Shown here: piece after piece, positions 1-57,728 of the stretch
Position numbering within the stretch: the stretch's first letter is position 1
Layout of the letters: each line of letters starts with the position of its first letter
Position numbers and translations under genes: made by a program
The notes under the pieces: generated by a model
What the model was told of the DNA's origin: nothing
Database searches by the model: none
What the model saw: only the letters and a program-made list of their open reading frames with translations
Source of the DNA: the human T2T-CHM13v2.0 reference genome, Homo sapiens
Length of the DNA stretch: 64,000 bases
Strand: one strand, 5' to 3'
Assembly: GCF_009914755.1 (NCBI RefSeq)
Contig: NC_060926.1

Positions 1-711
1 GTCAAAGTGACTTTTTATTTTCTATGTTCTATTATACCACTATGCATTTTTATAATACTCACTGGACACAAAACAAATGTTAAACTAGGTTTGCATTTGT
101 CTAGAGAATGACAAGATCTATGCTGACTTTCTTTTTTCTAACATAGGAATAAATTTTTCATCAACTAGCTATATTCCCAGTTATTTCATCACTCAACAAA
201 GCCACAACTGCATGAAAGGGCTTTAAGCCTGGGACTTTTGGGGGTGAATAAGAGCCTGATTATTTGTTTGGGTATACCAAGTTTTTAGTGAACCATATTT
301 GAAGTCCTACAATCATATATATATTTATATTTTTTCTTTATTGAATAAATAGAATTTGTTATGACTGCCAAAAAGTACACTATTCTGAGCAAACAAAATT
401 ATTACCTTATCTGTCTTCTGCTTCCCAGGAAATTTCCTTTAAATTTTGTTCTAAACCTTGACTGTTCTCTTGATCATTTGGCCCCAAACACCAAGTGCTT
501 GGCAATATCACCTGCCTGTTCCAATGAGAAAATCAAGAACACACTGTGTGTTTAATACCCCTTAGAGATCAGTGAGAGCTAGACGCACATTTAGAAATGG
601 TCTATTTTGCACCATAATTCACAGGCAAGGAACATGAGGGTCAAAGATTTTAGTGGCCTAAATCCTCAGAGTTCTTCTGTAGCAAAGCTAGGATTAGAAT
701 TTAGGTTTTTA

Positions 712-1505
712 CACATGAAAAAATGCTCATCATCACTGGCCATCAGAGAAATGCAAATCAAAACCACAATGAGATACCATCTCACACCAGTTAGAATGGC
801 AATCATTAAAAAGTTAGGAAACAACAGGTGCTGGAGAGGATGTGGAGAAATAGGAACACTTTTACACTGTTGGTGGGACTGTAAACTAGTTCAACCATTG
901 TGGAAGACTGTGGTGATTCCTCAAGGATCTAGAACTAGAAATACCATTTGACCCAGCCATCCCATTACTGGGTATATACCCAAAGGACTATAAATCATGC
1001 TGCTATAAAGACACATGCACACGTATGTTTATTGTGGCACTATTCACAATAGCAAAGACTTGGAACCAGCCCAAATGTCCATCAATGATAGACTGGATTA
1101 AGAAAATGTGGCACATATACAACATGGAATACTATGCAGCCATAAAAAATGATGAGTTCATGTCCTTTGTAGGGACATGGATGAAGCTGGAAACCATCAT
1201 TCTCAGCAAACTATGGCAAGGACAAAAAACCAAACACCGCATGTTCTCACTCATAGGTGGGAATTGAACAATGAGAACACTTGGACACAGGAAGGGGAAC
1301 ATCACACACCGGGGCCTGTTGTGGGGTGGGGGGAGTGGGGAGGGATAGCATTAGGAGATATACCTAATGTAAATGACGAGTTAATGGGTGCAGCACAGCA
1401 GCATGGCACATGTATACACATGTAACAAACCTGCATGTTGTGAACATGTACCCTAGAACTTAAAGTATAATAATTAAAAAAAAAATCCCTCCTGAAAAAA
1501 AAAAA
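712..1505 (+). mobile_element. 5'-truncated L1PA (about L1PA4/5): ORF2 C-terminus, 3' UTR and poly(A)
   Basis: [29 protein letters not shown] and MFIVALFTIAKTWNQPKCP are L1 ORF2 peptides. G-rich 3' UTR; degenerate TSDs at 696-711 and 1506-1521. Confidence 0.95.
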
Positions 1506-3124
1506 AGAATTTTGGTCTTTAGCTCCTCCAAATAGTAACATTTTAAGAGGAGTAATACAGAATACTCCAATTCTTTAAAACAAGTGCTCCCTTCTCTATG
1601 AATACAAGATTGAGAATGGGCTCAAAAGCATGACATTTTATAAAATTAGTGTTCCACTATTTTAATGAGCAATATTTAGGATTTCAATTTACTTGCATAA
1701 AGGTACATGATAACCTCAACAAAAAGCCTACATTTACCCAATTAAAAAGGATTCAGATGGCCCTATGTTTCTCAGGGCAACATCAATGGAGGGCCGTTTA
1801 TCTCATCTATGTTATCTCTAAATGGAAATGTTTATATCAGACATATAAAGGCATATCCATCATTAGAAATTTAAAACAAAAGTGAAGATTGTAATTTATT
1901 TTCAGTAACATGTACAGCCAGTGTCATATAATTTAAATATCAATTATACTCTGATTTCAAATATGTCTGTTAATGTTATTAAAATAACCATGTAATCTTT
2001 GCACTGTATATGGAGTCTGTTTGAGCCAACCTGCAAAGTTTCAGATTGGTGGAAAAAGAAATATTTCTCCATGTGTCCACACATGAAAAGGAATATAGCA
2101 CAATGAGAAGCCAGTACATTTGACTGCAGAAAACTGTCTTAACTTGCTTTGATTACTATCCTTCCATAAAACAAACCACTACTCTGCAATGGGATGTTTA
2201 ATTGGTGTACGTTAATGGTGGTTAAATATTAACCACCATGATTATTTTTTCTCTTGAGTTGGAGAAATTTCATTTATTAAGTGCATTTTGAGTCAATAGT
2301 TATATAAGAATAAGCATCCTCTATCTGCAAAAGTTTGAATGAGATAATCAGATTAAATTTATTACCTTTAGAGGAACTTAATGTCAAATTATACTTTAAG
2401 GAATTCCCAGTAAAGCTAAGAAACAGGCAAGCAAATTCTGTTGTTTCCAGGTATTTAGTAGACTTAATATACATTTTATTATTAGCATATAAACCATTAG
2501 CAATAAAAAAGAAATAAACACACAAAACATTTGTTCCCGCAGTAATCATGTATGCTTTAGTAACCTTAAGATATGAGCTAGAAAAATTCATCTTTAAAGA
2601 TCTAGATTCAGTACTTTTATGGAAGCTTGAAATACCATAACTAATGGATTGAAAAAACCAACAGCTGCTTCTCAACTAAGATTTATGATGTTATGACGTT
2701 GTTATTACATTAAAATTAAAGTAACTTCAAAGTTCTATTTAGAAATAATTCTTTTTGGTTTGCTATCAATGAAGAATTTAAATGAATTTATATCTGAGGT
2801 TGCTATATGTGTACACCTATCTTAACAATGTTTTCCCCCCTTCCAACAGCTATCTGGAAATCTTGTTTGACATATACAGATTTTTAATTATCTATTTTAA
2901 AACTGGAATTGTGCTGAGTCTTTTATCCAGAGCATGCATATAAGTAACTCTCTGTATGATACCACTGTTAAAATGAGAGAAGCTTATTTCTTCATCAAAT
3001 CTAGGCCATAAGTTGCTAATGGCACTGGCGCCATTAGCATGAGGTGTTTTTCTAACCTGATCACATCATATATCACCTGGGCATTTTATGTATTACTGAA
3101 TTCATACAAGAACTCATACAGAGA

Positions 3125-3127
<3 letters not shown>

Positions 3128-3155
<28 letters not shown>
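3128..3155. repeat. (CA)n microsatellite
   Basis: Direct reading. Confidence 0.9.
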
Positions 3156-3354
3156 GTATAGCAAAGATTCAAATCTCTTGAAATAGTTTGTATTCATTCA
3201 CAATGATCCTTATGGCATGTAACACACTCTGCTATATAATTTTGATTAAGTTAACCAACAATTTCTTATATTTAAAGAAATGGTATAGGCTTTTCTAATT
3301 CTGAGATTCTCTACGAGATGGTATCATTCCGCTAACTGATTTAATTTTTGCCTA

Positions 3355-3715
<361 letters not shown>

Positions 3716-4919
3716 AGCTGCAACTGAGGACCAGCCCCTGTACCTTAGACTGTGCTCCTGACTTGTCCAGGAACATCCTGTTAAACCTGGGCCATCTTTC
3801 ATGGTGTTCATAATCCATTTTGGGTTCTCAAAGTAAATCAGTATTTGTGCAATTATACAATGTATTGACATAGGTTTGAACAAAACCTATAATAGGTACT
3901 TTGTATATCCATTTATAAGTCCTGGATGGGGTCTTTACAGTGCTCTACTGTTTATACTACTATATTTACAAGGCCTTCGATAAAATACAAGTTTAATACT
4001 TGGCTTTTGTGGTACATCAGTTAGTTTTCTTTTAAGTAATAAAGTACAATGCCATAATAATTTAGAATATTGACATATAAGACCAAAAATTACTCTCAAG
4101 AAAATGTTTAATGTAAATGAAGAAAATAATTATACTTAACATTTAGACAATACAAAACAATTAGTTGCATTGAAAAGTTTCCAGTTAACTAAAAGTGCCA
4201 AAATAGCCGTTTGTATTTTATCATTTAATTAATTAACAAACTAAAATATGACTTTATGAAATACTACTTTTAAAGGTGTAATACAGTGGTTGGCATATTT
4301 TAGCTTAGGTTTCTAAGAAGAAATCTTAGAAATAATACTAGCAGCCAGGGCCCATCCTTGCTGATAGAAAAGTACATACCCACAGTAGCTACATTCATTC
4401 CTGCAGCACAGCAGATGACCAACTGGTAAATCATCCACTCCAGGATGTGATGTCAGAGGCCAAAAGGACTTCTTTTATTTTATTTTGATCATGTTATTAT
4501 TGGAGAAAGCCCAGCTCAGCAATCCTGTAATTACAATTTCCTTCTATTTTTTCTCTCTTGATCTGTTGATAACGACAATGGTAGTTAATGATCAAATTTG
4601 ATTTATGTTTCACATCAAGTATTCCCTCATTCTGTTGAGCATCATCTTCTCCAAGTAATTTACCTCTCCCAAATCTGCCCCCCACCCCCCACCCCCCACC
4701 AAAATATCAGAGGAAGGTGCAAGAAAAAGCAAGTGTGACATGTCGCAACTAGATTTCAGGTTTCCATAATGTCTGCAACCAACATATGGAAAAGGGGCAA
4801 TTTCTTACAGCCTGCCTTTGCCATGGTCTCTGGAGATGCCTGATCACTGCACTGACAGCTCCCAACTTTTTCTTGAGTGCAGTTGTTGCAGATCTTCTGC
4901 TTTGGTGATTTTGCTATAC

Positions 4920-6480
4920 TCTGATTAGTTCCAAGAGTTTTTTGTAGATTCTTTGGGATTTTCTAGGTAGAAAGTCATGATATCTGTAAATCAAATTAGT
5001 TTTCTTTCTTTTAAAATCTTAGTAACTTTTATGTTTTCTTGTCATATTCACTAGTTAGTGTTTCCAGTCAACATTGAATAAGAGTGGTAAGAGAGGATGT
5101 CCTTAAGTATGATGTTAGTTACAGGTTTTTATAAATGTTCTTTATCAAGCTGAGGAAGTTTCCTCTGTTACTAGTTTTCTGACAGTTTTTAAAAATTATC
5201 ATGAATACACATTAGATTTTTGTCAAATGTTATTTCTGCATCAATTGACATAATTACATTATTTTTCTTCTTTTGCCTGTGGATGTGGTGGATTCACTGA
5301 TTGATTTGTGAATTTTGAAAGAGCCGTATATACCTAGAACAAATCCCACGTCTTGTGTGGGATTCTTTTTATCCATTGTTAGATTTAACTTATTAGTGTT
5401 GTGTTGAGGATTTTTGTAATTATATTCATGAGAGATATTGGTTTTTAGTTTTCATTTCTTGTAATACCTTTACCTGGTTTTACTATTAGCATAATTCTGA
5501 CCCAAGAGAATAAGTTTAAAAAGAGTTCTCTCTGCTTCTATTTTCTGGAAGAGACTGTGGAGAATGGCTATTTTTTTCCCTTTAAATGTTTGGTAATTTA
5601 CCAGTGAAATCATCTGGGCCTTGTGTTTTCTTTTTTTGGAAAGTTGTTAATTATTGGTTCAATATCTCTAACAGATAAAGGGCTTTTCAGGTTTTCTATT
5701 TCTGCTTGTGTGAGTTTTGGTAGTTTGTCTTTCAAGGAATTGATCTAGTTCATTTCAGTTATCAAATTTGTGAGCTTAGAGTTTCTTTCATTTCTATTAT
5801 TAGTAATTTGTGTCTTCTCTCTTTTGGTTATCCTGGCTAGAAGTATATCAATTTTATTGATCTGCTCAGAGAACAAGCTTTTGGTCTCATTGATTTTCTC
5901 TATTATTTTCCTGTTTTAAATGTCATTGATTTACACTCTCGTTTTTAAGTTTTCTTTTATTCTGCTTGCTATAGGCTTAAACCACTTTTCTTTCTCTAGT
6001 TTCCTAAGGTGACAGCTTAGGATGATTTTAGATTTTTTTCTTTCTAATATATGCATTTAATGCTATACATTTTCCTCTACACACTATTTTTCTACATCCC
6101 ACAGATTTTGATAAGTTATATTGGTAATTTCATATTTTTCAAAATATCTAAAAATCCTTATTGAGATTTTTTTGATCTACATGTTATTTAGAAGTGTGCT
6201 GTTTAATCTACAGGTATTTCTGGATTTTTGAGCTTTGTTATTAATTTCTTGTTTCATTCCATTGTGGTCTGAAAACCTGCTTTTGTATAATTACTATTCT
6301 TTTAAATTTTTAATGGATGATATATGGCCAAGAATGTGGTCTATCTTGGAAAATGCTCCACGTGAGCATGAGAAGAATGTGCATTTTGCTGTTGTTGGAT
6401 GGAATATTCTATGTGTCAATTAGATGAAGTAGATTGATAGTGCTGTTTAGGTCATGTATTTCCTAATTTTTGACTGTTAG
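4920..6480 (-). mobile_element. Old L1M ORF2 fragment
   Basis: T-rich antisense L1 motifs, e.g. tttaccagtgaaatcatctgggcct and gagaagaatgtgcattttgctgttgttggatgg. Confidence 0.8.
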
Positions 6481-6837
6481 TAATCCCATTTTTTGAACTT
6501 CTCTATTCTCCTTCCTTATATTGTATATATTCTTACTTTGGTTATATGTCTAAAGACAACTTTCCTTCCCCCTCCCTCGACCCCTGTTGTGAATAATTTC
6601 AGCTTCCTCTAGAACTCTTTGCACCATAGTGCACTTAGGGGGTGATGTTCACATAGAAGATGAAAAGTTACTGATGGACTGAAATGTACTAGGGTGATCC
6701 CTTCAAATCAGCAAGGAAGCTGAGGTATTCTAGCACACCCCAGGAGTGCTGGTTTGAAAGGCTGGCTGGTGTCTAGCAATGGTCTCTGGGAATTTTATTA
6801 CCAGAGACTTGTATTGGTTCTTCTAAAACATGGTCAT

Positions 6838-7190
6838 TGTAGTAGCTTCCTAGGGCTGCCATAACAAAGCACCACAAAGAGGGTGGCTTAAAACAACAGA
6901 AATGTATTCTTTCATCGTTCAGAAGGCTAGAAATCCAAAAGTCCAAAGTCTAAGCCAAAACAAGCATTCTCTGTCCAAGGGCTTTAGGGAAATATATTTC
7001 CTCACTTCTTTTAGCTTCCAGCGATTGCAATCTCTGGTGCACCTTGGCTTATAGCAGCTGCATTACTCCAATCTCTGCCTCTGTTGTCACGTGTCATGTA
7101 CTGCCTCCTCCCTGTGTGTCTCCTCTGTGTCTCTGTGTCTGCCATGGCCTCCCTTTAAAGACACCAGGAAATGGATTTAGGGTCCACCTT
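6838..7190 (-). mobile_element. MLT1-type (MaLR) LTR
   Basis: ttcctagggctgccataacaaa...ggtggcttaaaacaacagaaatgtatt and ggatttagggtccacc. Confidence 0.8.
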
Positions 7191-8839
7191 GACACTACTG
7201 AACCCGGTAGAGTCCTCTTACTGGGTAACAAAAATTGTCATGTAGAAACATTTTATTGTGGTCTCTAACTTCTCGGGGAGTTCCCTAAAAACGTTTCCAG
7301 AATCCACAGGAAATTCACACAGACAGAGAAGCTGAAAGCCAAAGCTGACACTCAGCGTCCTCACCGTGTTGCGTAGCCAGTTTATCCCTTCCAGTTTTAC
7401 ATATCCCCAGTCACCACCCCTAAGTGGAACATAGCATACAAATCTTTCAGCTTTCCATAGACCCCATTTTCTCACCAGAAATTATGTTCTTTGGGTGGGG
7501 AAGCATTCTTATTTAATCTACTAACCCAGACCAGAATGTGATAAGAAATACTGTTACTCTTGTAAGAGTAATAGAAATGAATAAAAATGCATTTTAAAAG
7601 GCACCTTCTGGAGCTGCATTCACTTGAATCAAAGGCTGACCCTGCAGGGTTGGCACGGCAGCAGCTGCTAGAGGAGCGGTTCTGGAGCAAATGGGCATAT
7701 TCCCCTTTCTGACCCTGCCAAGTAAGTGGTTTCCTACCTTGTCTGCATTTCCAGCTGACTCTGTTTTCCAACAGCTTGTTTGTGTGTGGGTGTGCATAAT
7801 ACTTATTACAAAGCGAGGTGGCTGTCTGCCATCATTAGCATAATATGCGTTGGAGACAATTTGCCATGGATAAAGTAGGTCCCTTTATATTTCACTGATT
7901 TTTTTATACTCAAAAGATTTTATTGCATGTTTTTTTAAAATGCATACATAAGATAAAAATACCATTTTGTAGATGCTTGAATCAATAAAGTTCTTGTAAA
8001 AAGAACTGTTGTTGAATGGGACAAAGGAAAAAGATTTCATTTTATTACCTAGTTCTGGAGCTGCTATTTTACAAGTATTGATGTTTACATGCATTCTAAA
8101 TGGAAAAAGAGCCACGGCAAGCAGCCATGAGAATACAGATAGAAAACTTCATGTTATGTAACTATTATTGTTCTGGTTTAAAGAAAAATTGGATTTGATC
8201 TATTTTTTTCATCTACTCCTATGGTTAAAATATATTTTGATTTCACCCAGTTTTTATTGTGCTAATTGGGAATACACACACATTCTTGTCTATACAATTA
8301 TTTCTGCACTCTTGCTCTTTAAGGAAGATAGGAAGTTAATTTTGTGGTACAAAAAGGAGGATCCAATGAATCCGATTTGCCATGTCCTGGGTTACACAAA
8401 TGAAACTGCTGTTGAACAGAAGGAAGAGTGAGCAGGCCAAACGCTCAAACTCTCAACACAAAGGCTTGTTCACCCTGAGGAGGGTCATGCCTCCAACCTG
8501 CACTGATGCTCAGATGGTTCATGATGTTATACAAACTCTCACCATCAAAAGGAACAGTGCTGTGGAGATTCATGGAAAAAGGCCAAAATCACAGCTGTGT
8601 GCTTCCTGTTTTTGAGGTTGAATTCATGCACAACTGATAACATTCAAATCTCATCTCCTGTGATAAGCACAGAGAAAATGAATTGTTTTTGCTTTAAAAA
8701 GGACACTTTCATTTAAGTCAACGCAAATCTTTTAGCTTTCCAATGCAACTCAAGATTCCGCTTATTATAAATGGAAAACAGTCTGTCATGCCTTGGCATT
8801 TACATTGACACAATATCAGAGCATACTGGAAGGAGATAT

Positions 8840-8845
8840 TTTATT
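8840..8845 (-). terminator. Candidate distal poly(A) signal AATAAA
   Basis: tttatt on the plus strand; position fits the recalled gene end. Confidence 0.45.
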
Positions 8846-9599
8846 TTGTTTCAACTAACTTATTTCATGGCTGCACTTAAAATGCTGTGCATACAACAGG
8901 AGTTTCAAAAGCTTCAGATGGTGATTTTTAGTAAGAAATGGTCATGAATAAAGACAAACATAAAGCAGAACAAAATAAGATATTCTTTCCTTTCTTCATT
9001 TGGAATTCAAATACTCTTAAGTTCTTGGATTTGGCTTTCTTTATATTTACAAGTTTGTATGAAATACTGGTTTCAAATAAGATCTGTTCACAGCCCAGAC
9101 TACTGAGCCCCAGCTACAATTAAATATTGATCATTTACGTAGTGTTCTAAAGAAGTACATAAATTCTGGTTTTGACAGTTTGGATTTAGTCATAGAGAGT
9201 GGAGGCATCCAGTTCCTCATACCGGATGATGATTTATGCCTAAGTACATATGTTTTAAAATGTTGGAACACTTTAAAATGTTGGAACAATATTGATCCAG
9301 GAACAACAATCCTGGACCTTTCCTCTTTCCTCCTTACTATTATTTTAGTCCGTGGAGCCAGCATCTATTTTTAAATTCAAATTTTCAATCAGGGTCTAGC
9401 CCAGAGGGTCTGGAGGGTTCTCACACAAGTTTTGCAGATGAGGTGAGAGATTTTCATGAGTGCTTCATTGTTAGGGCCTGATTCGGATTGACTCCTGTCT
9501 ATAAGAAGGGAGAATCATCTTTGTCTTTTTACATTTCCCCTCTCCTCCCTCTAAAAAGGGGAGAAAAACAAGCTAGGTTTATCTTTGTTTACCTTTGGC

Positions 9600-10110
9600 A
9601 ACAATTCAATTCAAAAGAGTTTACTGAGTGTGACTGTGTCTTAGGTACTGGCAATACAATGACAACAGGGCTGTCATGAATCCTGCTGATAAGGTTCTTA
9701 CAGCCTAGCCAGAGGAGACTGATGCTCAAACCTGCGATTCCTTTGTGTATATTCAGGGGCGTGGCTGGGCAGTGCAGGTGCTGACAGTGCACATGGCAGG
9801 ACCATCTACTCTGGACTTGATGGGTCAGGAGGCTTCCCGGGGAAGTTGTGTCTCAGCAGAACTGGAACATAAGCAAGAGTTAAGTCACATGAAGATAGGG
9901 TGGTGAAGATAGTAAGAGAGTTATAGGAAGAAAGGGCTGGAGAGAAGAGCATGATATGTTAAAACCCTGAAGTTAAATGTCACTTTACTAGGGGTTGGGG
10001 GTAATAGGAGGGGATCAAACCGAGGCCAGAGAGGGGAGGCCAGGTTGTAAAGGGTCTATGAACTACTTGAGGAAATTTAAATTTGAGCAAAGCAGTTAGA
10101 AGGGTCTTGT
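9600..10110 (-). mobile_element. Probable L2 3' fragment
   Basis: attcaattcaa...tttactgagtg...gtgtcttaggtactgg resembles an L2 3' end. Confidence 0.5.
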
Positions 10111-11300
10111 AGTCATCTATTTTAAGTATGTGTCTTGATTATGAGTGATAGAGGTTACCATTATTGATTAATATAGCTAAAAAATTTTCTGCATCTTGTT
10201 CAAATATTTTAAATATCATAGAATATTCAGAGATTCAAATGTACAGATTCCTACAGTAAATTTCTCTTGGAATTGAGTGTGAAAAACTACCACCAAATAT
10301 TTATACATCCTTTTATTGGAAAATCAAAGCTGGAAAACTCAATGATTTTGCCTTATGAAAACTTAAAAACATTTTGTTTTGCAGTTCTTCAAAAAGTATC
10401 AAGTATTTATAATTTGTTTAAGAGTTTAGAAGTTTTAAAACGTTTTCTGGTGAAAATCTTGAGTTTAATTTTCACCAGAAAACCTGCTAGACAAATTCTA
10501 AAAGAGCTGTAACACATGTAATTTTTAAACTTTCTTTTCATTTTAGTTTTCTTGTTGAAAATGTTTTGATATTACTAACCATTCAGGATTTTCTCTAGAA
10601 GTAAATGGTTATAAATTATGTATATACCTTAAAATAGAAACAACACTTAAATTTCCTAGGTCTTACATTTTTAACCAGTAACTGCAATTGATACTTTCAT
10701 AAGAATAATTATTTGCTCAAGACAGAAATCCCAGCAAAAAGGAAAATCACACTTAACTTTTTGAAATTAAAACATAACCAGAAGAATAACTGCGTAATTA
10801 TTCTTTACTGCTGTGGGAGTCAATCAATAGCCCAGATGAATAGGTAGATGGATAGGTACACAGAAAGCTATCTGTACTATATCTTGAATATCAGCATAGT
10901 ACTCTTCTGATCTTTGTGCTCCCCCACCCCCACCTTTCTCTTTCTCTCTCTCTCTAAAAATGGATTTTGCATGCTTTTTTCCATCATAACCATGGATGCA
11001 TATGTATCTCATTCTGCTCCCCAAAGAGTTAACATGAACAAGCATGCAATAGAGAAAGCAAACCAGGAATTCCCATGCCCTAACAACCCCAACACACAAA
11101 TTCAACCATGTTGACAAAATGGGAAGGGAGATCCTGCCAAATTAATAAGAAAGAGAAAGTGGGAAGAGAGACAGTTTGTTACCGGGTCTCACCTGCCTTC
11201 TTTGTTCATGAATAGGTTTTTACTCTTTAGCTTCAACGTGGGCAACAGCAGTTAGGCAAGATTCACACATTATTTGAAATTGGACAAAAAGGATACAAGA

Positions 11301-11570
11301 GGCCGGCTATGGTGGCTCATACCTGTAATCCTGGCACTTTGGGAGGCTGAGGCCCAGCCTGGCCAACATGGTGAAACCTGGTTTCTACTAAAAATGTAAA
11401 TATTAGGTAGGCATGCCTGTAATCCTAGCTACTCAGGAGGCTGAAGCAGGAGAATTGCTTGAACCCAGAGGTGGAGGTTGCAGTGAGCCAAGATGGCACC
11501 ACTGCACTGGGCAAGAGAGCAAGACTCTTTCTCAAAAAAAAAAAAAAAAAAAAAAAAAAAACAAAAAAAA
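11301..11570 (+). mobile_element. Alu with internal deletions, inside the 3' UTR
   Basis: Alu arms with missing segments and an A tail. Confidence 0.9.
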
Positions 11571-13241
11571 GATAGTTAAGAGAAATTTCCTAGAATGCTG
11601 TGTATACAAGCTTTTAATATAGTTCTATCAAAATTTAGAAGGAAACTGAGATTTAATTTTTTAATTAAATTGGATATGCAGCCCAAGAAAGTATACGCCA
11701 ACTTTTTACTTGACTACACATTTCACATCTTCAGATAACATTCAGTAACTTTTTAATAACAACTTGAATACATTACATTTAAATATTTTGATTATTTGTA
11801 GACAGTCTTCCAGCAACATAATTAATTTCTTCCCTTCATCAAAAATCTGTAATGAATTATCCTTTCAACTAAAGATTTTCCTCAGCATAATAAGACTACA
11901 TTTAAAATCTAAGAAGCAAATGCTTCCCTACTTCAAGCTTATTTTTAAAAGGAAGCCAAAAAATGATCTTTTCTGAATAAAGTGTTTCAGAAAGGCATAG
12001 AATACTTCAATATTATAGTAATAATTATTGTAAAAGGATAGAATTCATCTCATACCATTCTATTACGTTTCCCCCTAGAACAAACAAAATGTATCCTCCT
12101 GAGTTTAATTTCAAGTCTTTGAAAAGAATGCAGTCTTCAGAAATTAGATAGGAATTTAAGCTCTAATTCATAAAACATCACTTTCCTCCATGGAACTAGT
12201 TGAAGATTACATATTAACAGCACTCCTTTAATTTAATATTCTAAAAAAACAGCATCTAAAAAAAAAGAAATAGTGAGCAGGAGGCCGGTCTGATGACAAA
12301 TTACATTAAACAATATCATTATCCTTAGCCCTCAGTGTTTTCCATTTTCCAGATGTTTAAAAGACACAAAATGAAAACTCTCAATTGCCCAAGAGGTAGA
12401 TGATGAACTCATTTTCCAGACAGGAAACTGAGGCAATGAGGCTTTGCCATAAAGTATAAAAATGGTCATCAGCAGAATCAAGATTAGAAGCAGAAACACC
12501 TGGTTACACATTGCTGCTCAAAACACATCAATAGAATGTCAGGAATAACGTTGGTTCTTTCTTGCAACCTGTGTTCCATCTTGCTGTATGACATGCAGAG
12601 CTGACAAAAGATGGAAACTCTATTTAAAGTTGATGGCACATCTATCCTCCAATGTCAAACCCGTGAGAGCAACATGAGGAATGATTATTTACAATGACAT
12701 CATCAGACTCAGGAACGTAGTCTACGTTGAAATTACACAGAATGCATTTCGGTAACAAGATCAAGACATGGAAAGCAAAATTAAAGGACAGCTAATGCAA
12801 AAATACAACATCAATTCAATAGTTCTACTGATATTCCCTACAAAGGGATGTTTTAAAATACAATTAAAAATATATTATTGAACAACCATATTTGAAATTT
12901 AGCACATTTCTATGCCGATGTCAGCCTTCATCTGCACGCCCTTAAATTAGGAGGGAATAGGCATAGAATAATTTTGCTGCATATTATGTTGAAAACATCT
13001 GTTTCTAGAGTACAAAAATCTGTTCTTATCCACTACAGATAATTTACCAAGCTTCTCAAATATATTAAACGCTCCAGAAAATTTGATTATTTCACCTAGC
13101 AGTGGTATTAGCCAAACAAGTATGGTGATCAGACTGGAGATACACTTGGTGGGAGATGCTTTGCAGGAGGTGCAGGAAGATAAACGGCGGCACTTTTCTT
13201 TAGGCACATGAGAATGATGTCCATTGGTGCCAACACCACAG

Positions 13242-57229
<43,988 letters not shown>

Positions 57230-57349
57230 CTAAAAAAGAAAAAAGAGAGTTAAGAACACTTAAACACATTTTTTTAAAGAAAAAGAACAGTAGATTCCAA
57301 TAAAAACCTATATAAAACCTAAAACTACATTTTCTGAATTTTTAATTTG

Positions 57350-57728
<379 letters not shown>

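Larger units (their letters stand above)
8825..13241 (-). other. CCDC141: Probable long 3' UTR of CCDC141 (~4.4 kb)
   Basis: Follows the stop codon. Candidate AATAAA on the minus strand at 8840-8845; the exact end is uncertain. Confidence 0.5.

Noticed and set aside
607-1425. ORFs with protein-like sequence
   Set aside because: Frameshifted L1 ORF2 and 3' UTR remnants, not a host gene.
4678-4700. G-quadruplex-prone C run (also the G run at 47756-47782)
   Set aside because: Common low-complexity sequence with no functional context.
9254-9288. Short tandem duplication (tttaaaatgttggaaca twice)
   Set aside because: Ordinary slippage duplication.
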